A stretch of 55,364 nucleotides of DNA, counting the filler, from Dirinaria sp. TL-2023a (lineage: Eukaryota): assembly GCA_051941275.1 (NCBI GenBank). It is 2 parts of 2 records of this genome, joined end to end, with 100 filler letters (N's around TTAATTAATTAA, not from the genome) between each part and the next. Parts side by side here need not be neighbours in the genome. Positions count along the whole stretch, not along the records: positions 1 to 27,707 come from JAVEBF010000137.1; 1 more part is not named here. The stretch is one strand, 5' to 3'. The notes beneath the pieces are model-generated. The model made no database searches. It saw only the letters and a program-made list of their open reading frames with translations, and was not told where the DNA came from. Below, piece after piece: positions 12,210 to 24,959 of the stretch. The position numbers and the translations under genes were made by a program. The stretch's first letter is position 1, and every line of letters begins with the position of its first letter.

Positions 12210-13421
12210 TCACAACCCATTCTTATTCAACCACTCCAAGCTCGCCTGGTACCCCAAGTTCGCCCCCTTGTGGAAAGGCAATCCATGGCCTGTGCCCGGT
12301 TGCATGAATGTATCAATCTTCCTTGCATCCGGATACAGTTTCTTCAAAGCCTCCGTATTCACAGCATCGCTACAGTCACCCGCGCAAACAGCGTAGTCGA
12401 ACTGCGCCAGTACAAATTGTAGAGGACCCTTGAACCCCTTTGCCGGCCCCGGCGTCAACACCTGCGACAGCGACGCGATCTCAGCCCCTGTGAGCGTCTG
12501 CCGGATGGAATATGCGTAGTCTAGGAGCTTGGGATCGAAGCCGCCGATTCCGGTGGAGGTGTTCCGGCGGGTGGAGAAGAAGTTTGCTTGCATAGCGGCG
12601 TGCGTGCCGGGGACTATGTAGCCGGGGGATAGATTGGGGAAGAGCGTGGCGTTGTTTTGAGGCGCGTATTCGAGACCCCAGGCGGCCCATTTGTTGGATG
12701 AGAAACGGCCTGTCTGGATGTAGCCTGTGAGGACAGCGGCGTCGGAGAGGGTTGGGGAGGTAGCGATGAGAGCGTTGGAGAGGATGCTGCCAAAGCTGTG
12801 GCCGACGTGGATGATCTTGTCGAAAAAGACATTATAGGCGGACCCATTCTGTGTCGCGCTGGTGTTCTGCTTGAAAAGGTCCCCGTTGCGCGCCATCTTT
12901 GTTATAGATCGAAGAATGTCGAGTTCAAGTCCTGATTGCACGATCGTGTCTCCATCTGGATGAGCGGAGAGCCCAGTGCCGAGACGATCGTAGGTCAGGA
13001 TACTGTAGCCGGCTGCGAGGGCCGCGTCAACATAGGAATATTGCTGGGGATCAATAGCGACGTCCCAGTAGCGTTTGTCGAAACCTGAGCCGTGAGTCGC
13101 GATCTGGAGATGATTTTTCTTGGATCCATTGCTCGGAACGCAGAGCTGAGCACTTATGTCGAAGGTGTCAGAGACAGTGAAGTTCCGAAGTAATCGCTGA
13201 GTACCATTAGGGGAGGACCAAGTGTCGAAGTCGATAGCGAACGAGGTCGCGTCGATGTTGTTTTGGACTTTGATGATTTGATATTGTCCATTTTGCGCAG
13301 AAGCAGGTACGCGGAGTGAGAGATCTATGCAGGGCCTCTTGCTGGCGGAGACGTCTGTTGGAGCCGCGTTGAGAGGTGTAAATAGCAATTGGAGCAGAAT
13401 TACGGCAAGAGCGAGTACCAT
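12210..13421 (-). CDS. Secreted alpha/beta hydrolase (AB hydrolase_1/6-like)
   Basis: ATG at 13421 starts a signal peptide (MVLALAVILLQLLFTPLNAA). Motifs ATHGSGFDKRYW, YDRLGTG, nucleophile GHSFG, acid FD and catalytic His in GTGHG. Many N-glycosylation sequons. Confidence 0.88.
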   Translation of the reverse strand: MVLALAVILLQLLFTPLNAAPTDVSASKRPCIDLSLRVPASAQNGQYQIIKVQNNIDATSFAIDFDTWSSPNGTQRLLRNFTVSDTFDISAQLCVPSNGSKKNHLQIATHGSGFDKRYWDVAIDPQQYSYVDAALAAGYSILTYDRLGTGLSAHPDGDTIVQSGLELDILRSITKMARNGDLFKQNTSATQNGSAYNVFFDKIIHVGHSFGSILSNALIATSPTLSDAAVLTGYIQTGRFSSNKWAAWGLEYAPQNNATLFPNLSPGYIVPGTHAAMQANFFSTRRNTSTGIGGFDPKLLDYAYSIRQTLTGAEIASLSQVLTPGPAKGFKGPLQFVLAQFDYAVCAGDCSDAVNTEALKKLYPDARKIDTFMQPGTGHGLPFHKGANLGYQASLEWLNKNGL

Positions 13422-15098
13422 CTTTTCAAGAGTTGCAAAAGCCTGCGAATGTATTCTGGTGAAATTGAGAGGCACACGGAATCTGCGGTTTTTTATACAT
13501 GCTCGTCACTGTCTAAGGTGTAAGCTCCGGGATGTAAGTCTCGAAGCTGGCTGCGGCCACTTGCTTACACCGTCAAAAGCTCTTTCGTTGCGTAGCCAGT
13601 AGACCAAAGTATCAGTATCACTTGTCAGAGCCAAGGCTGTTCTCGATGTCTGAATGCTGCAATTAGGGCTTACTTGCACCCTGATTATTCTTTCGCTACT
13701 TTGACAAGAATTGGGTATATTCTCGTTCTCGTTCCCGTTCCCGTTCCTACTCAGTATTGAGGATAGTATATTGGTGATATGGCACAATCCTTCAACTTTC
13801 GGTATTCAGATACTCGACACTACTACTGTTAGGCTAGTATCATCTTGACGCTGAATGGCAAGACATGTTAATGCCTCGAGATGGCATGAAATGATATGAT
13901 AAAGAATAAAAATACTGTGAGTAGGACTTTTACTAGAGAAGTCCACTTAGCATGCCTGAGCTTTCTGTGCTTCCATTATGCGGCAGACAACGCATGACAT
14001 CGTATGAGACCAAATGCCACTCAAATCGATTAGTCTAACAGTGTAGCGTAGTGGTGTTGATATTATTGGGAATATGGTCTGATGTCGCCTCGAGTACCGG
14101 AAGTACCGACCCAGAGAAGTGACTTGATGTAACAATTGGCCCACACCTGAAGTTTAGCATTATTCAGGACGTCGTGCTGGTCCTCGTTTAAATTGTCGTT
14201 CCCGTTGTCGTTCAGTCGTCTAGCTTCAACTTGCGAATAGTATCATGTTGGCCCATGACCAGTAATGAAGTGAGTCAGCTGAGTAAGCTGCTATCAGCCA
14301 GTCGTGAAATCATTTCAAAGCGAAAATGCTGCATTTCGATGTGCAAGTAAAACCTTGTCAGAATACAAGGAGCGTATTGATCGCCACCCGCATTCGCACC
14401 TTGAGAGCCATTCTGCCAGATAAACACGGGGGTAAGGCGAAACTAAGGCGTGGTGACCATGAAGAGACGTCATCATAGATCATGCCATTAGTTCAACTGA
14501 GCATTCCAATCGTACTTCCAAATATATATGCTGTTCTGAAAATCGGTTCTGCCCATTCTTGGTACCATTTTCAAACTTTCTGCGGTTACATTCATTTTTT
14601 CAACAACAGCATCCGCGGCCACCTCCTAGCCGTCGCTGTACCGCTACCGCTTTCTTGATGATCAAATCCTATCTGACAAGTAGCCTTCAGATATACTACC
14701 GTATACGCTACGTAGTGACAATAGGTCGTCACAGCCAGCACTTCCCAATACCATAAATCTCGAAGCGAATAGATCTCGACCATGCGACAACCATTTTTTG
14801 AATTATCACTGTGAGAAGTCCGATTACTGGGACGTATGGGAGTATCGTCGACCTGCTAACGACTAAAATGTTAGCTATGGTCATCCTATTGCTCATACCT
14901 GCATATGCAGTCGCCTAAGGTACTTTAGAAGTTAAGTGTCCTGCGGCTGACAGCCCGGACAATCGCATAGCTCAACCTGCTAGCCTGCGAAATGGAGTTC
15001 GAGACTATGGCAAAGTGGGAGTAGATTGTAAAGTTAGGGTACTGCAGGTCCTCAATTGTAATGTTTTGTGGCAAATGCTAATCTGACGGTATTATTTG

Positions 15099-15686
15099 GT
15101 GGAGTTTCGGGCCAGAGGATTTGTCTTGTTCTTAGTTATGGCATTTCTCTCAGGAGCGTGCTTTGCTCTCTACAAGCGTCTGGGTGCTGATAGGTAGGTT
15201 GCTGCACTATCGACTTACAACTTATCAAGGTGAGTGGCAGAAAGCTCCACTTTAAGGTATTTGACTGATGTAACCAGCAACTTGAACTCCACGTGGGGAA
15301 ATATGGGACGCAAATTCCTCGTGCCATTTACTCAGACTACCCTGATCATAACGTATGGTCGGCCGCTTAGCTTAAGCCGGGCGGCCGACTTCCTCGATAT
15401 CTTCGAAGAAGAGGTGACTCGGTCGATGATCCCCAATGAACCTTCCTCGCTCCTGCCTGAGACCTGTTACGATATCATTGTAGACGGATTCAATTTCAGT
15501 GTGTATAGCCCGACTGAGATCAAGGAGGATGAGCATACGTCATGGGTAATTTTGAAAGATGTGGTTGATGGAGTCGGGATGATAGTGATTGGGGAAGCTC
15601 CAGTTAGATTAGTGGCTTTCATGATTGAGAATGGACCATCTGATATTTTCATTGGATACAGCCATTTCGTCCCGAGCAGGGGTTAG
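15099..15686 (+). pseudogene. Probable small secreted protein gene, apparently disabled by an in-frame TAG in exon 1
   Basis: Signal-peptide-like FVLFLVMAFLSGACFAL, in-frame TAG at 15195, GT-AG intron 15230-15278, then an open exon (FLVPFTQTTLIITYG...TSWVILKDVVDG...FMIENG..IFIGYSHF). An alternative start at the internal Met (NMGRK) cannot be excluded. Confidence 0.4.
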
Positions 15687-16085
15687 GACCTCGGTGAGAA
15701 AATGGGTTTTGAACGTCGAAAAAACGTGTTTCCAAAGAATGTTCCCGTTCAATCAAGGAAGCGAGAGGGCCAAACGAGAGAACGAGCATGTTGCGTTTAC
15801 GGGGCCCAATCACTGGACGGGCATGCGTTGATGTATCATCGTACGAGTTTAAAAAGAGCTTTAGAAGCATAGAAAGTCGACTAGTTGTCCCATGTGTTAT
15901 GCGCATCTGGCGAATGCTGAAGCTTTGGGTAACTTTGCCAGGATGTTTCTTCTATCTCAGGCAAGGTCATCTAGAGAAATCTTTGGAGGTTGTGCTTGCC
16001 ATGGTGTTATTGGGCTCTTAGATTGGACCACGATCCATGGACTGATAATCAGTTACCATCAGAACAGGCAGGTATCGCAAGGTCG

Positions 16086-16592
16086 TCACTGTAATACCTG
16101 AATTGACACGGGTGTACTAGACCTCTTATCTTCCGAATGTACATCGCTTTGAGGCTGCTCCAAAAATCCTCGCAAACACAGAGATGAGCAATCAGGGATT
16201 TGATTGCGGCCAGTACGAGATTTTCGGGACCAGGCTCCCCGATCGCGTTCTGTAGAAACGTCCAGTGCTGTAGGGATCATTGATCGCCCGACATCCGCCT
16301 CGTAGAAGCTGGAGAGTACCAGCAGCCGCCTCCTTCGAAAGCTCTGAATCATAGGTACTTGATCCAAGTTGCCAGCCACCTATTGCGGGGCATGCGTCAA
16401 GTCGTTTTGTGTAAGAAGGCAGGCAGAGCTGCGATGCTCATGATCGGCAGGCGAGGGGGAAGAAGTCACACTAATCAATGCTGGAGGTGCTAAAGTGGTG
16501 CTCAGGCGGTTGGATCTTGATGTAGGTAGGATACTCGGTAGAGGGTTGACAAATTCTATGACAATCAGCAGTGCGTATACGATAATATACAT
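16086..16592 (-). pseudogene. Possible decayed secreted-protein gene
   Basis: ATG at 16592 gives signal-peptide-like MYIIVYALLIVIEFVNPLP and an S/T/P-rich stretch. One TAG at 16380-16382, then the same frame stays open to 16086. No family recognised. Confidence 0.2.
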
Positions 16593-17742
16593 CAGCTTTG
16601 CCGGACGAAATGCCGCTCTCTATGGCACTTAACGATCGGATGGACCTGGCCATGACATATCACAGAGCCATTGCTGCACGCAACATGGCTCTAAAGCCAG
16701 AATAGGCCTAGGGATATCTCATCGGAGACTGCCCTCCCAGCTCTGACACAATGGACTGGCACGAAAATGTGGGGGGATGATTGATTGATTGTTGAACTGC
16801 GGAAAGACTCCTCATTCTGATCAGCGCAAGCGAAGGTATCGGAAAGCTTCCTGCCAATACGGATAAGCCCATGACACTATCAGAGTCCCTGGATGGGGCG
16901 TAAGCTTGGAGGTCGGATGGAGGTTACAAGGACGTGGCAGCGCCAAATAGAGCGTACAAGGCGTATCACGTGATCTCGTGAGATTAGATGAGTTGAGACG
17001 AAGATTCATGGGCGGCTGCTACTGCTTCCATTTAAGCAACAATGAGTTCACCTTGTTATAAGCACAATTCGCGGCGGAAATAAATCGAACAACCACATTA
17101 CTGTCGCATGTTCATTCAGAGCAGTTGAGGGAGAGCGAATTGATAAGTTACTGTACTCATGGGAATGTATCTTACCATCAAGGGAAGCCAGAAGGAATGC
17201 CAAAGGCCTCAGGATATCGTGTGCGCGGGTCATTTGCGAATGATTCGGGCCCTCATGCGTAAGTTGTGGTGCTAAGCAGTACATGCAGCACTAGTTACTT
17301 GCAGTTGTTACTCGCCCAGCCAATAATTTTCATATCCTGGTTATCGTCATACCTGTTGGCCACGAAATCTTCCAGAAGCAAGAGTGAGACTGTTCGATGC
17401 AAACGGCAATCGACAGGCATAGCGACTCCTCGTCCTGCTGCGCTGGGAAGTCTCAGCCGTTCTCAGCTAGTCTCTGCTAAGCAATGCCTCAATGCTATAC
17501 GGGCTGCCATTGACACGGACCGTGATGGCAATTTAAAGAATCTCAAGGCAGGTCAATTTTCTATTGCCACAGGAAGGGCAAAGTGATTGTTTGCATTTCC
17601 TCTACTGGGTAAAGAAGAGAGCCAAAAATTCACGCATCGCATTTCTCATGACAGACCTTTCGTTTATCCCGATGAGATTTGCCTAGCCCGTCAATTGACA
17701 AATACCTCGAATCATCGAGCTCATCTGCCAAAGTCGCGAGGG

Positions 17743-18619
17743 ATGGCTTCCGGTTCAAGTCGAGGATCGACGCCAGCGCCAGATGTTAGGGATATTGCCA
17801 AATATTATAGGGATCACTACGTGTCACAAGACCAAAAGATTAAGTCAGATCAGATTGCTGCCTTAGCCCAGTTGCTTTCAGGACACCCTTTCGATGAGAA
17901 ATTTTACATCATTGGTGGAGCGGCGGTGCAATTGGTGGGTTCAGACCGTATCACTCGCGTAAGTGGTTCCTGGTGTCGCAAACGTAAGACTTTGCCCCTA
18001 ACAATGACACCTTCGCCAGGATATCGACATGATATATGACACCAAAGACGCTATGGATCGGGTGCGCAACGGACTTCGCACCTTTCGCGACGGTAACAGC
18101 GGCTTTGCCGTCATGCCTGGCAGTCAGGTGGTATATTGGTATAACAAGCCCAGCCCAACCGTCGTCATCCTTTTAGACATGCACTATGCAAGCCAGGGTA
18201 AACCTCCTTTTCCAACCATGCCCATTGCGTCTTTTCCAGTCATTCCAAGGACAGGTGTACCCATTGCGCCTTCGTTGCTCAATCTTTGCTACAAGCTCAT
18301 TGCTTGGTCGACACGAGATGGAAAGAAGAAGGAGACTGATGCGGAAGACATCTTGTTTTTACTTGGTGTGGGAGACCTGAAATCGCCTCGTCTGCCGGAA
18401 AGCCTAAAAGGGCAATCTTGGTGCCCTGCGTGGACGATGGGGTTTCCCCCGGGAGCGGCAGGTGCTCCGCAGCCGGTGGTGGGAGGCAATGCTGCGGGAG
18501 TGGCTGTCTGGGAAGAAGCTCGGAAAATTTGGCAAAGGTCGTGGACGGGCAGTCCACGAGTACAGAATTTTGACAATGAGCGATCGGTGTTGTTCCAGGA
18601 GATCCTCCCAACCCCCTGA
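17743..18619 (+). CDS. AbiEii-like (type IV toxin-antitoxin toxin / Pol-beta superfamily) nucleotidyltransferase, 2 exons, ~271 aa
   Basis: Exon 1 17743-17958, intron 17959-18019 (gtaagt...ccctaac...ccag), exon 2 18020-18619. Splicing rebuilds FYIIGGAAVQLVGSDRITRDIDMI (GG...R.T.DxD). The C-terminal YKLIAWSTRDGKKKETDAEDILFLL matches K..A...R...D..D. Confidence 0.75.
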
Positions 18620-20828
18620 ACAGGCAATATCCCATCCGTCGGCAGGGTGTGGCATTCAGGGGCACCATGTGGTCAGCCAAGACCATTCTTTGAAGTCCTT
18701 ATGAAAAGGTCATAACATAATTACGAAATAATGTGTTGCTATTGGGCGTACCTTGGTCGTTTCTCTAAGAACCATTATATCTCATTAGGTACATAGCCAA
18801 GGAGTATTGTGACTCCTAGGCGCCTACCTCAGCATCCTAGCCGTCGGAGTGCATTTCGCCTAGAAATGTCAAGAAATTTCATGCCCACGGTGCCGATGGA
18901 TAGCATAGGATATCTTGCCGTGCCAGTATGGGCATGTTCGCTCGAAATTCCACACTGCAAAACCTGAATATCGGAGACTTATTAGACTCGTTCGGGAGCA
19001 TCAACGTGTTTACGCTCAAAAATGTCTCGCTCAATTCTCACGCTGACTAGTCTTCGAATGCTCTCCTTACTGAATGGAATGTGCGTCTTTGCATGGCAAC
19101 TCAAGGGGTAAATGGACTTGAATTATTGTGTCTCTCTCCTCGCCAAATTCTGCCTTGGGCCAGTGATCCATTTACCGAGCATGCCACTTTGAGCAACGTC
19201 CTTCACCTAGTCAGCACTCTTGTCGAACCCTTTGCCTGGCTTACCCATTTTTTGACACGATTCGCATGATCTGCACAGTTGCTTACTTTTTCCAATATTA
19301 CATACCGAATATCCATTGGGTATACCATCTAGCCAGGACCCGTCTTGAAGTCTATTGAAGCCTTAATTTGAGGAGAAGAGAGGTTTCCAGGCGAAGTGGC
19401 AAGGCAATTAGCTTCTTGCTGGGCTCCCAGGGTTGCGAGAATGTTTGGTACGAGTACCGTAGCCACGAGGACTTCTAGCAATGGTATACTCCTCGTTTGG
19501 TCTAGGTAGGAAAGTCTAACCCTTCCCTGGCAAGACTGACAAAAAGCATTCGCAGCAGCTGCAAGCTCAGCGGCATCTTACGGAAATTGTCAGATGTCTT
19601 AATGGGCAAGACGTACCTTCTTCTTTGAACCCTCAACCACCTACATCCATATGAAAGCCTTACCTCTTCCAGGAACTTCTTGCTTCTTCATATTCTCGAT
19701 TGCCAATCCCCCCCATTCTTATAGCATTCCAGCTCAACATCCATCACCCAAGGCTTTATTTCTCAGAACCTGATACTTTGCTCCACGTTGAGCAGGACAC
19801 TCACCGGCAGCAATTCACCAGCTCCTCGCAGTTTTCCAATCCGGATCTATAATCTCTGCTCTCAACCGTCAGCATGTTAGTTCACACACATCATACCCCT
19901 CTCAACCCTGGCAGCAAGCCATCTAGCTTTCACCAAAGCCTACTAGTAGAGTATAGGACAGCAGGCATTGACGGCATAAGCAGGATATCGTTTTCTCATG
20001 TGATGTAGACTGATTTAGTAGTACGATCACAATAGGTGGCCATGCTGTATAGTTATTGTGGCTGAAGATCGAGGATGCTGGCGGGGCGGATAATGCATCT
20101 GTCTAGTTATCATGCAAGCACAGGAGTCCGTGATCGTTACGACCGAAATGTCCTGCTCAGCTGTTCGTTCGATCAATGTAGATCACACAAGGCGGACTAG
20201 GATGAATTGTTGGCGCCGCTGGGCTATGCACTTGAGGCGTCTTAGCTGTATGCTGTAAATTTGGTATGTAGTAAGCTATCATTTCAGCATTGGGAGTCTG
20301 CTTCGTCGGCATTCATGCGAAAAAAAAGAAAAAAAAAAAAGGCCAAGTCACAAGCTTTACTTTCCGACATATGGAAACCGTGGGGGAAAGGGGCTGTATT
20401 GTTGCTATGTTCTATCGTGTGCGAAGGGGTCATTGAAAGCATCTGTACTGTACATCGGTGGTGCCGGAGAGCGCTGGCGCAGCCGCAAGGCTACTAGTGC
20501 GGAAAAAGGTGACAGTGCTCGTACATAATGAAGAAGTTCCAGTTGGTTTGATGCAGCTGTTATCTCTGCTCGTTAGCATCGTCAGTGTCACAAGCAGAAT
20601 GCACTGTTGGTGGTGGGCATTGGATAGTTAGCACATAAGTGTAGTATTATATAAAATAACCTTCTTCACTAGTGCCGCAAAGACCCATATAAGTTCGTTC
20701 AGATACCTCTTTGCGATTACTGAATCCCCATTCGGAGAGCTCCAAGCCTGGAACGGTGGCGCCTCCGCTCTTCGAAAGAGCGAAAATTTGAGACCAGGAC
20801 AAGCGTTCAACTGTTCTCCTTCGTGGCC

Positions 20829-22362
20829 TTACTTTTTAGTCGATATCCCAGAAATCGCTTCATGGAGCGCCTCTTCATCACGCTTTTCATCCCTCGGTAT
20901 TTCATCCTCTAGTTTTTCTTTATGAGCACCGTTGCCATTCTGCAGCTCGGGATGCTCGAGAGAAGTGGGCGAGTGGGCGATGTGGCGCCAGAATAGAGGA
21001 ATGAGTGGTAAGCAACAACAGATGATACCACAAGCTACTTCCCCGTAACCTAAGAGGCCGGTTTGTCCGTGGATGAACGAGTAGCTGCGAACAATTTCCG
21101 AGTCAGCGTTTGAGGATCACAATACAGGCCGCTGTTAGGCTGCCCATGTCGCAGGAGATTGTTCACTCTCGGAACACGTCGTGGGGTTCAGAAGGTAGCA
21201 TTGGGGCTATGAAAAGAAACTTACTCCTCCGAATGCAGGAGCCTCATCTGGAAATAGACGCGCGTGGCTGCGCATACTGTTGCGAAAACACCGAACTATG
21301 GGGGAAATGGACGAGTCAGTCGGCATGTTCAATCTTAGAGAGAAAAGTACGGAGTTATGGTAGGTACCTACCGCAAAGATAGCACTTATACCAAGTTTGC
21401 GCTTTGTACTCATCCGCAACTGCCAGACCATGATCACGGGTACCACCAACAAAACCTGTGAAGGGTTCAAAGTCAGCATCGTACTAACAATTGCATCAGT
21501 GTAATGTGAAAATTTGTTCTCGATAGCAAATAAATCTGCTCTTCATATGTCGTCTACTCCGCGAAAGACCTTAGAACGCTGGAACACCACCAAACGCTTT
21601 GCCGGATTGAAGATTCTAGGTTGCTTCAACGCGTCCCAAAAGTTTGAAACGGAACATTAAACAGAGTAATGGGCAGCGAATGTCGAGCTGATTGAAGTGC
21701 GTCAGAGGGGGCGAAATCATTCGAAAACGACTTACAACGTCCCCAATCGTATTAAAGGAAGCAGCGGATTCATATAGCATTTTAGTGTTGAAGCATTTGC
21801 CTGGCACATCGGCGTTCCAGATCTTGCGGCGAGGACGGCAGGCAAAGATGTTGATGAACAAAGCTATGGTGTAATAGATGGCATTGGCCCATAAGAAAAG
21901 CTGATTGATCCAGAAGAGGATATTTCGTTTAACACCGAGGAAGATTCGACTAATGAGGAGGAAGAGCGATACTTTGATGCACCCATATGCGATGCACACG
22001 TGCATGTCGGCAATGTTCGCCAGATGCTGATTCCGCGAAACTGTCTCTTGAGAGAGGTTCCACATATGTGTCCCTGCACCGTAGTAGCTCGCTGAGTGCA
22101 ACTCGAGGGAGACAAAAACGAGGTAAGCCAGCCATCCGAGGATACACGTATAATCTTCCAATAATAGCTTCTTAACGACGAAGACCTTGACATAGATGCG
22201 CGCTAATACCAAGATTGTGGTTACAATGATGGCTTCTGATATGGTTACAATCGTGTATGGCAGCAGCGTATATGGCTGTTCGAAGTTGGGTATGACTCCG
22301 GCAGGTGGAGTGAGCGCTGGCGTGGGAGGAGATGTCAGAGTATAGGTGGCTGGAGGAGCCAT
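20829..22362 (-). CDS. Pth11-like integral membrane receptor (fungal rhodopsin-domain family, no CFEM domain), 4 exons
   Basis: N-terminal PPAGVIPNFEQP. Motifs LARIYVK, EDY, GAGTHMWN, IKVSLFLL, ACRPRRKIW...GKC, FNTIGDV, PVIMVWQLRMSTKRKLGISAIF, EVACGIICCCLP. Introns are GT-AG and the stop is at 20829-20831. Confidence 0.88.
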
Positions 22363-23159
22363 GCTGGATGGTGTTACTTGTTATCTTGCGAAGACGTCTG
22401 GCCGTTGTCGACTAATGCGACCTGTAAAGAAGGGCATGTAAAAAGTATAGTAGGTGCTATATGGAGAGACCGAATATGAAGGCCCTCAAGTATCATGAGG
22501 ATAGTGCCAGTTGCAATTGGTACAAGCTTAAACCCACGGGTCGCATGTGGTGAAATGAACGATCTTCTTTAGCTTGAGACGGGATCTGCTTGGATTGCAT
22601 ATATTTCTTACTAGAGTAAAGTATCTGCCACTACCTTACTCACTAGACACAAGCTGCACCGTGCAGCCCGGAAATATTTGATTTATCGGCCTTCTTCGTA
22701 TAGGTAACATCGTCTACAGCTGTAGCTGATCAACTTATCTATCTGATGTATTTGGACTTGTGTACGATACCAAACAACTCATATTTTCATCTTTGCGCGA
22801 GGCTGCGCTGTGCGAGCAAAGTAAATGGCACTGCGACAACTGTCTTCTAATCGCAGCGTTAAATCACGCTGATGCGACGACGTGTTGGAAGATTTTCGAA
22901 TTCCATAATTCGTTGCAGCTGTTATCGCTAAGACGCTGTGCCTCAAACCTCACGTTGGAGCCGTGGTTTGATTTGCTCAGCGGAAGCGAGATCCAGGCGA
23001 TCTTGTTGACGGCGTCAAGTCAAATGCTAGCCTAAACTATGCGCGCCTGTCATTGGCAACTCTTCCCGGTTCAGCATCACCACCCACTAGGCATACATGA
23101 GACACACTGCTGGTTTCGTATTGCCCGATGCGACAACGATATTGAAAACGCTGATGTCT

Positions 23160-24959
23160 GTCAGTCGTGAAACCATAAGGTATTCAAGCGAAAATACTTC
23201 ATTTCTTTCGCATGTAAGTCAAATTTAATTAAAAGACGAGAAACATTTTGACTGCATCCTGCATTCGCAGTCTGGACACCGCACTTTATAGAATCCGCCG
23301 AACTTGAATGGAGGCCGATTTTCCTTTTTATAATACCAAACGGACTCCTTTCAGTCTGCGCTGAACCACAAGTCTTTGCACTTTTGATTGATGAAGGCTA
23401 CATAATCCAAATCTCAGAGTAGGGACAGCGAAGTGAAGCATACTCATGGTACCATTCAGTTGTTTCTCACTCAAGATTCCAACGATACATACTTCTAAGA
23501 ACGGAGATGACGATATGGAGAACTGGAGATAGTGGAGTATCTATAGTATAGAGTACTCACTCATGAACAGGCTTTGAAACGCACACAGCCGGCCGGTACC
23601 TTATCCCAGTGGTCCAAATTGTTTTCATACATGTGCTCAGACACACCGCTTTCGATTCATCAATGCTTTAGCTCCTTGGTCAAGGGAAACAATGTCAAAT
23701 GCAGCTCTCATATGGATAATCAATAGCTTGAACAAAGAAAACTTTATTTCAACGACCATTCGCTTAGATCAAAGTCGGCTCAACCAACAACGCTAAAACG
23801 CACTTCTACACAATTTCAAAGCGTCTTTTGGCGTAGCTACCGGGTGAAGAACCGGTACGAAGCTTTGATCTACATCAATGCGAAGCCAGAGATAATACGT
23901 CTCGTGAAAGAGTAAAAAAGACTACTTGCAAAGCAGCTCTCCGGTAGTAAATGTCCTAACCGGAGTGGAGTGAGTGAAATCTCATATGTAAATAGAACGT
24001 TCGCAGTAATTGAAATGAGTGATCAAGTACGTTTGGTAGGAATAAGGGAATTGGGATTCGAATATATTGCTTGGATTGACTTGTTATTGATGAAATCAAC
24101 GAGGTGGGTAACTATCGCTATGCTTTTTCGTGGAGAAGTGCAGCCTGGTAGTTTGCTGGCGGCGAGAATACAGTATGTCAAGGTCCTTGAGAACACGCTT
24201 GGCAGACGAGCATCGATTCATGTCAATGTTAGTCAGTCGGAATTGTCATTTTGCTAGCTCACGAGTATTGCGTGGCCTGTACCTGACTGAAGTCTTTTAG
24301 AGAGTCTCTAAGGAGGATTCTCGAGAACGTGATCCGCGCTACTACTCTCTTGATTTATTACTCGTCTATTTTCGCCGCGAGCAAAAAGCATGTAAGTTGG
24401 TAAACGCTGCTCCAAGCTGATTGAGGGGAAGAAGTATTGATGCCCATTGTGAAGTGAAAGCCGGTAAGCACTGCGATGAGCGATATCATCGAATCTCCGT
24501 GGAATATACTTGCGTTTTCAGCCGCTCGCTGTCGTACCATGCAGTAGAAAGAAGAGCAACTGTTCGAGAATCCGCATCCGAGGCAATGACGAAGAATTGA
24601 CAATCTGTGCTTTGATTTTCGGTGCAATGGAATTTCCAATAACAACCTCCGATATGATTGCGGATAACGCTTACACACTTGACATCACCATTGAGAATGC
24701 ACTTAAAAGTAGAATGATGTTTCATCAGCGAAAATAATCGATCGGCCGTCGTTCCTAAGAGAGGATTCGACTCAAGATAGAGTCCAAGATCACACCTTCC
24801 GTCATCAAATGCCTTGACAAAAAAGTCTTGACTATGAGCATCGCTCAGTGCGGTCTCAGCGATTAAAGCTTCGCTCATTGTTGAAGCAAGTCCATTTCGG
24901 ATAGCGTATAGATACTTGAGCAAAGGATTCTGTTGATCTTCAGAGGTTCTTTTACCCAT
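23160..24959 (-). pseudogene. Possible heavily degraded unknown gene next to the tRNA
   Basis: 157-aa ATG ORF (24486-24959) followed by protein-like stretches with scattered stops (e.g. FHETYYLWLRIDVDQSFVPVLHPVATPKDALKLCRSAF*) in AT-richer DNA. No family recognised; the 3' end is approximate. Confidence 0.25.

Noticed and set aside
17266..17742. Upstream ORF as a cognate antitoxin of the AbiEii-like gene
   Set aside because: Non-ATG start and no HTH or AbiEi-like features, so it is unsupported.
24486..24959. Starship captain (DUF3435 tyrosine recombinase) beside the tRNA
   Set aside because: The position is suggestive, but no recombinase catalytic motifs or DUF3435-like sequence could be recognised.
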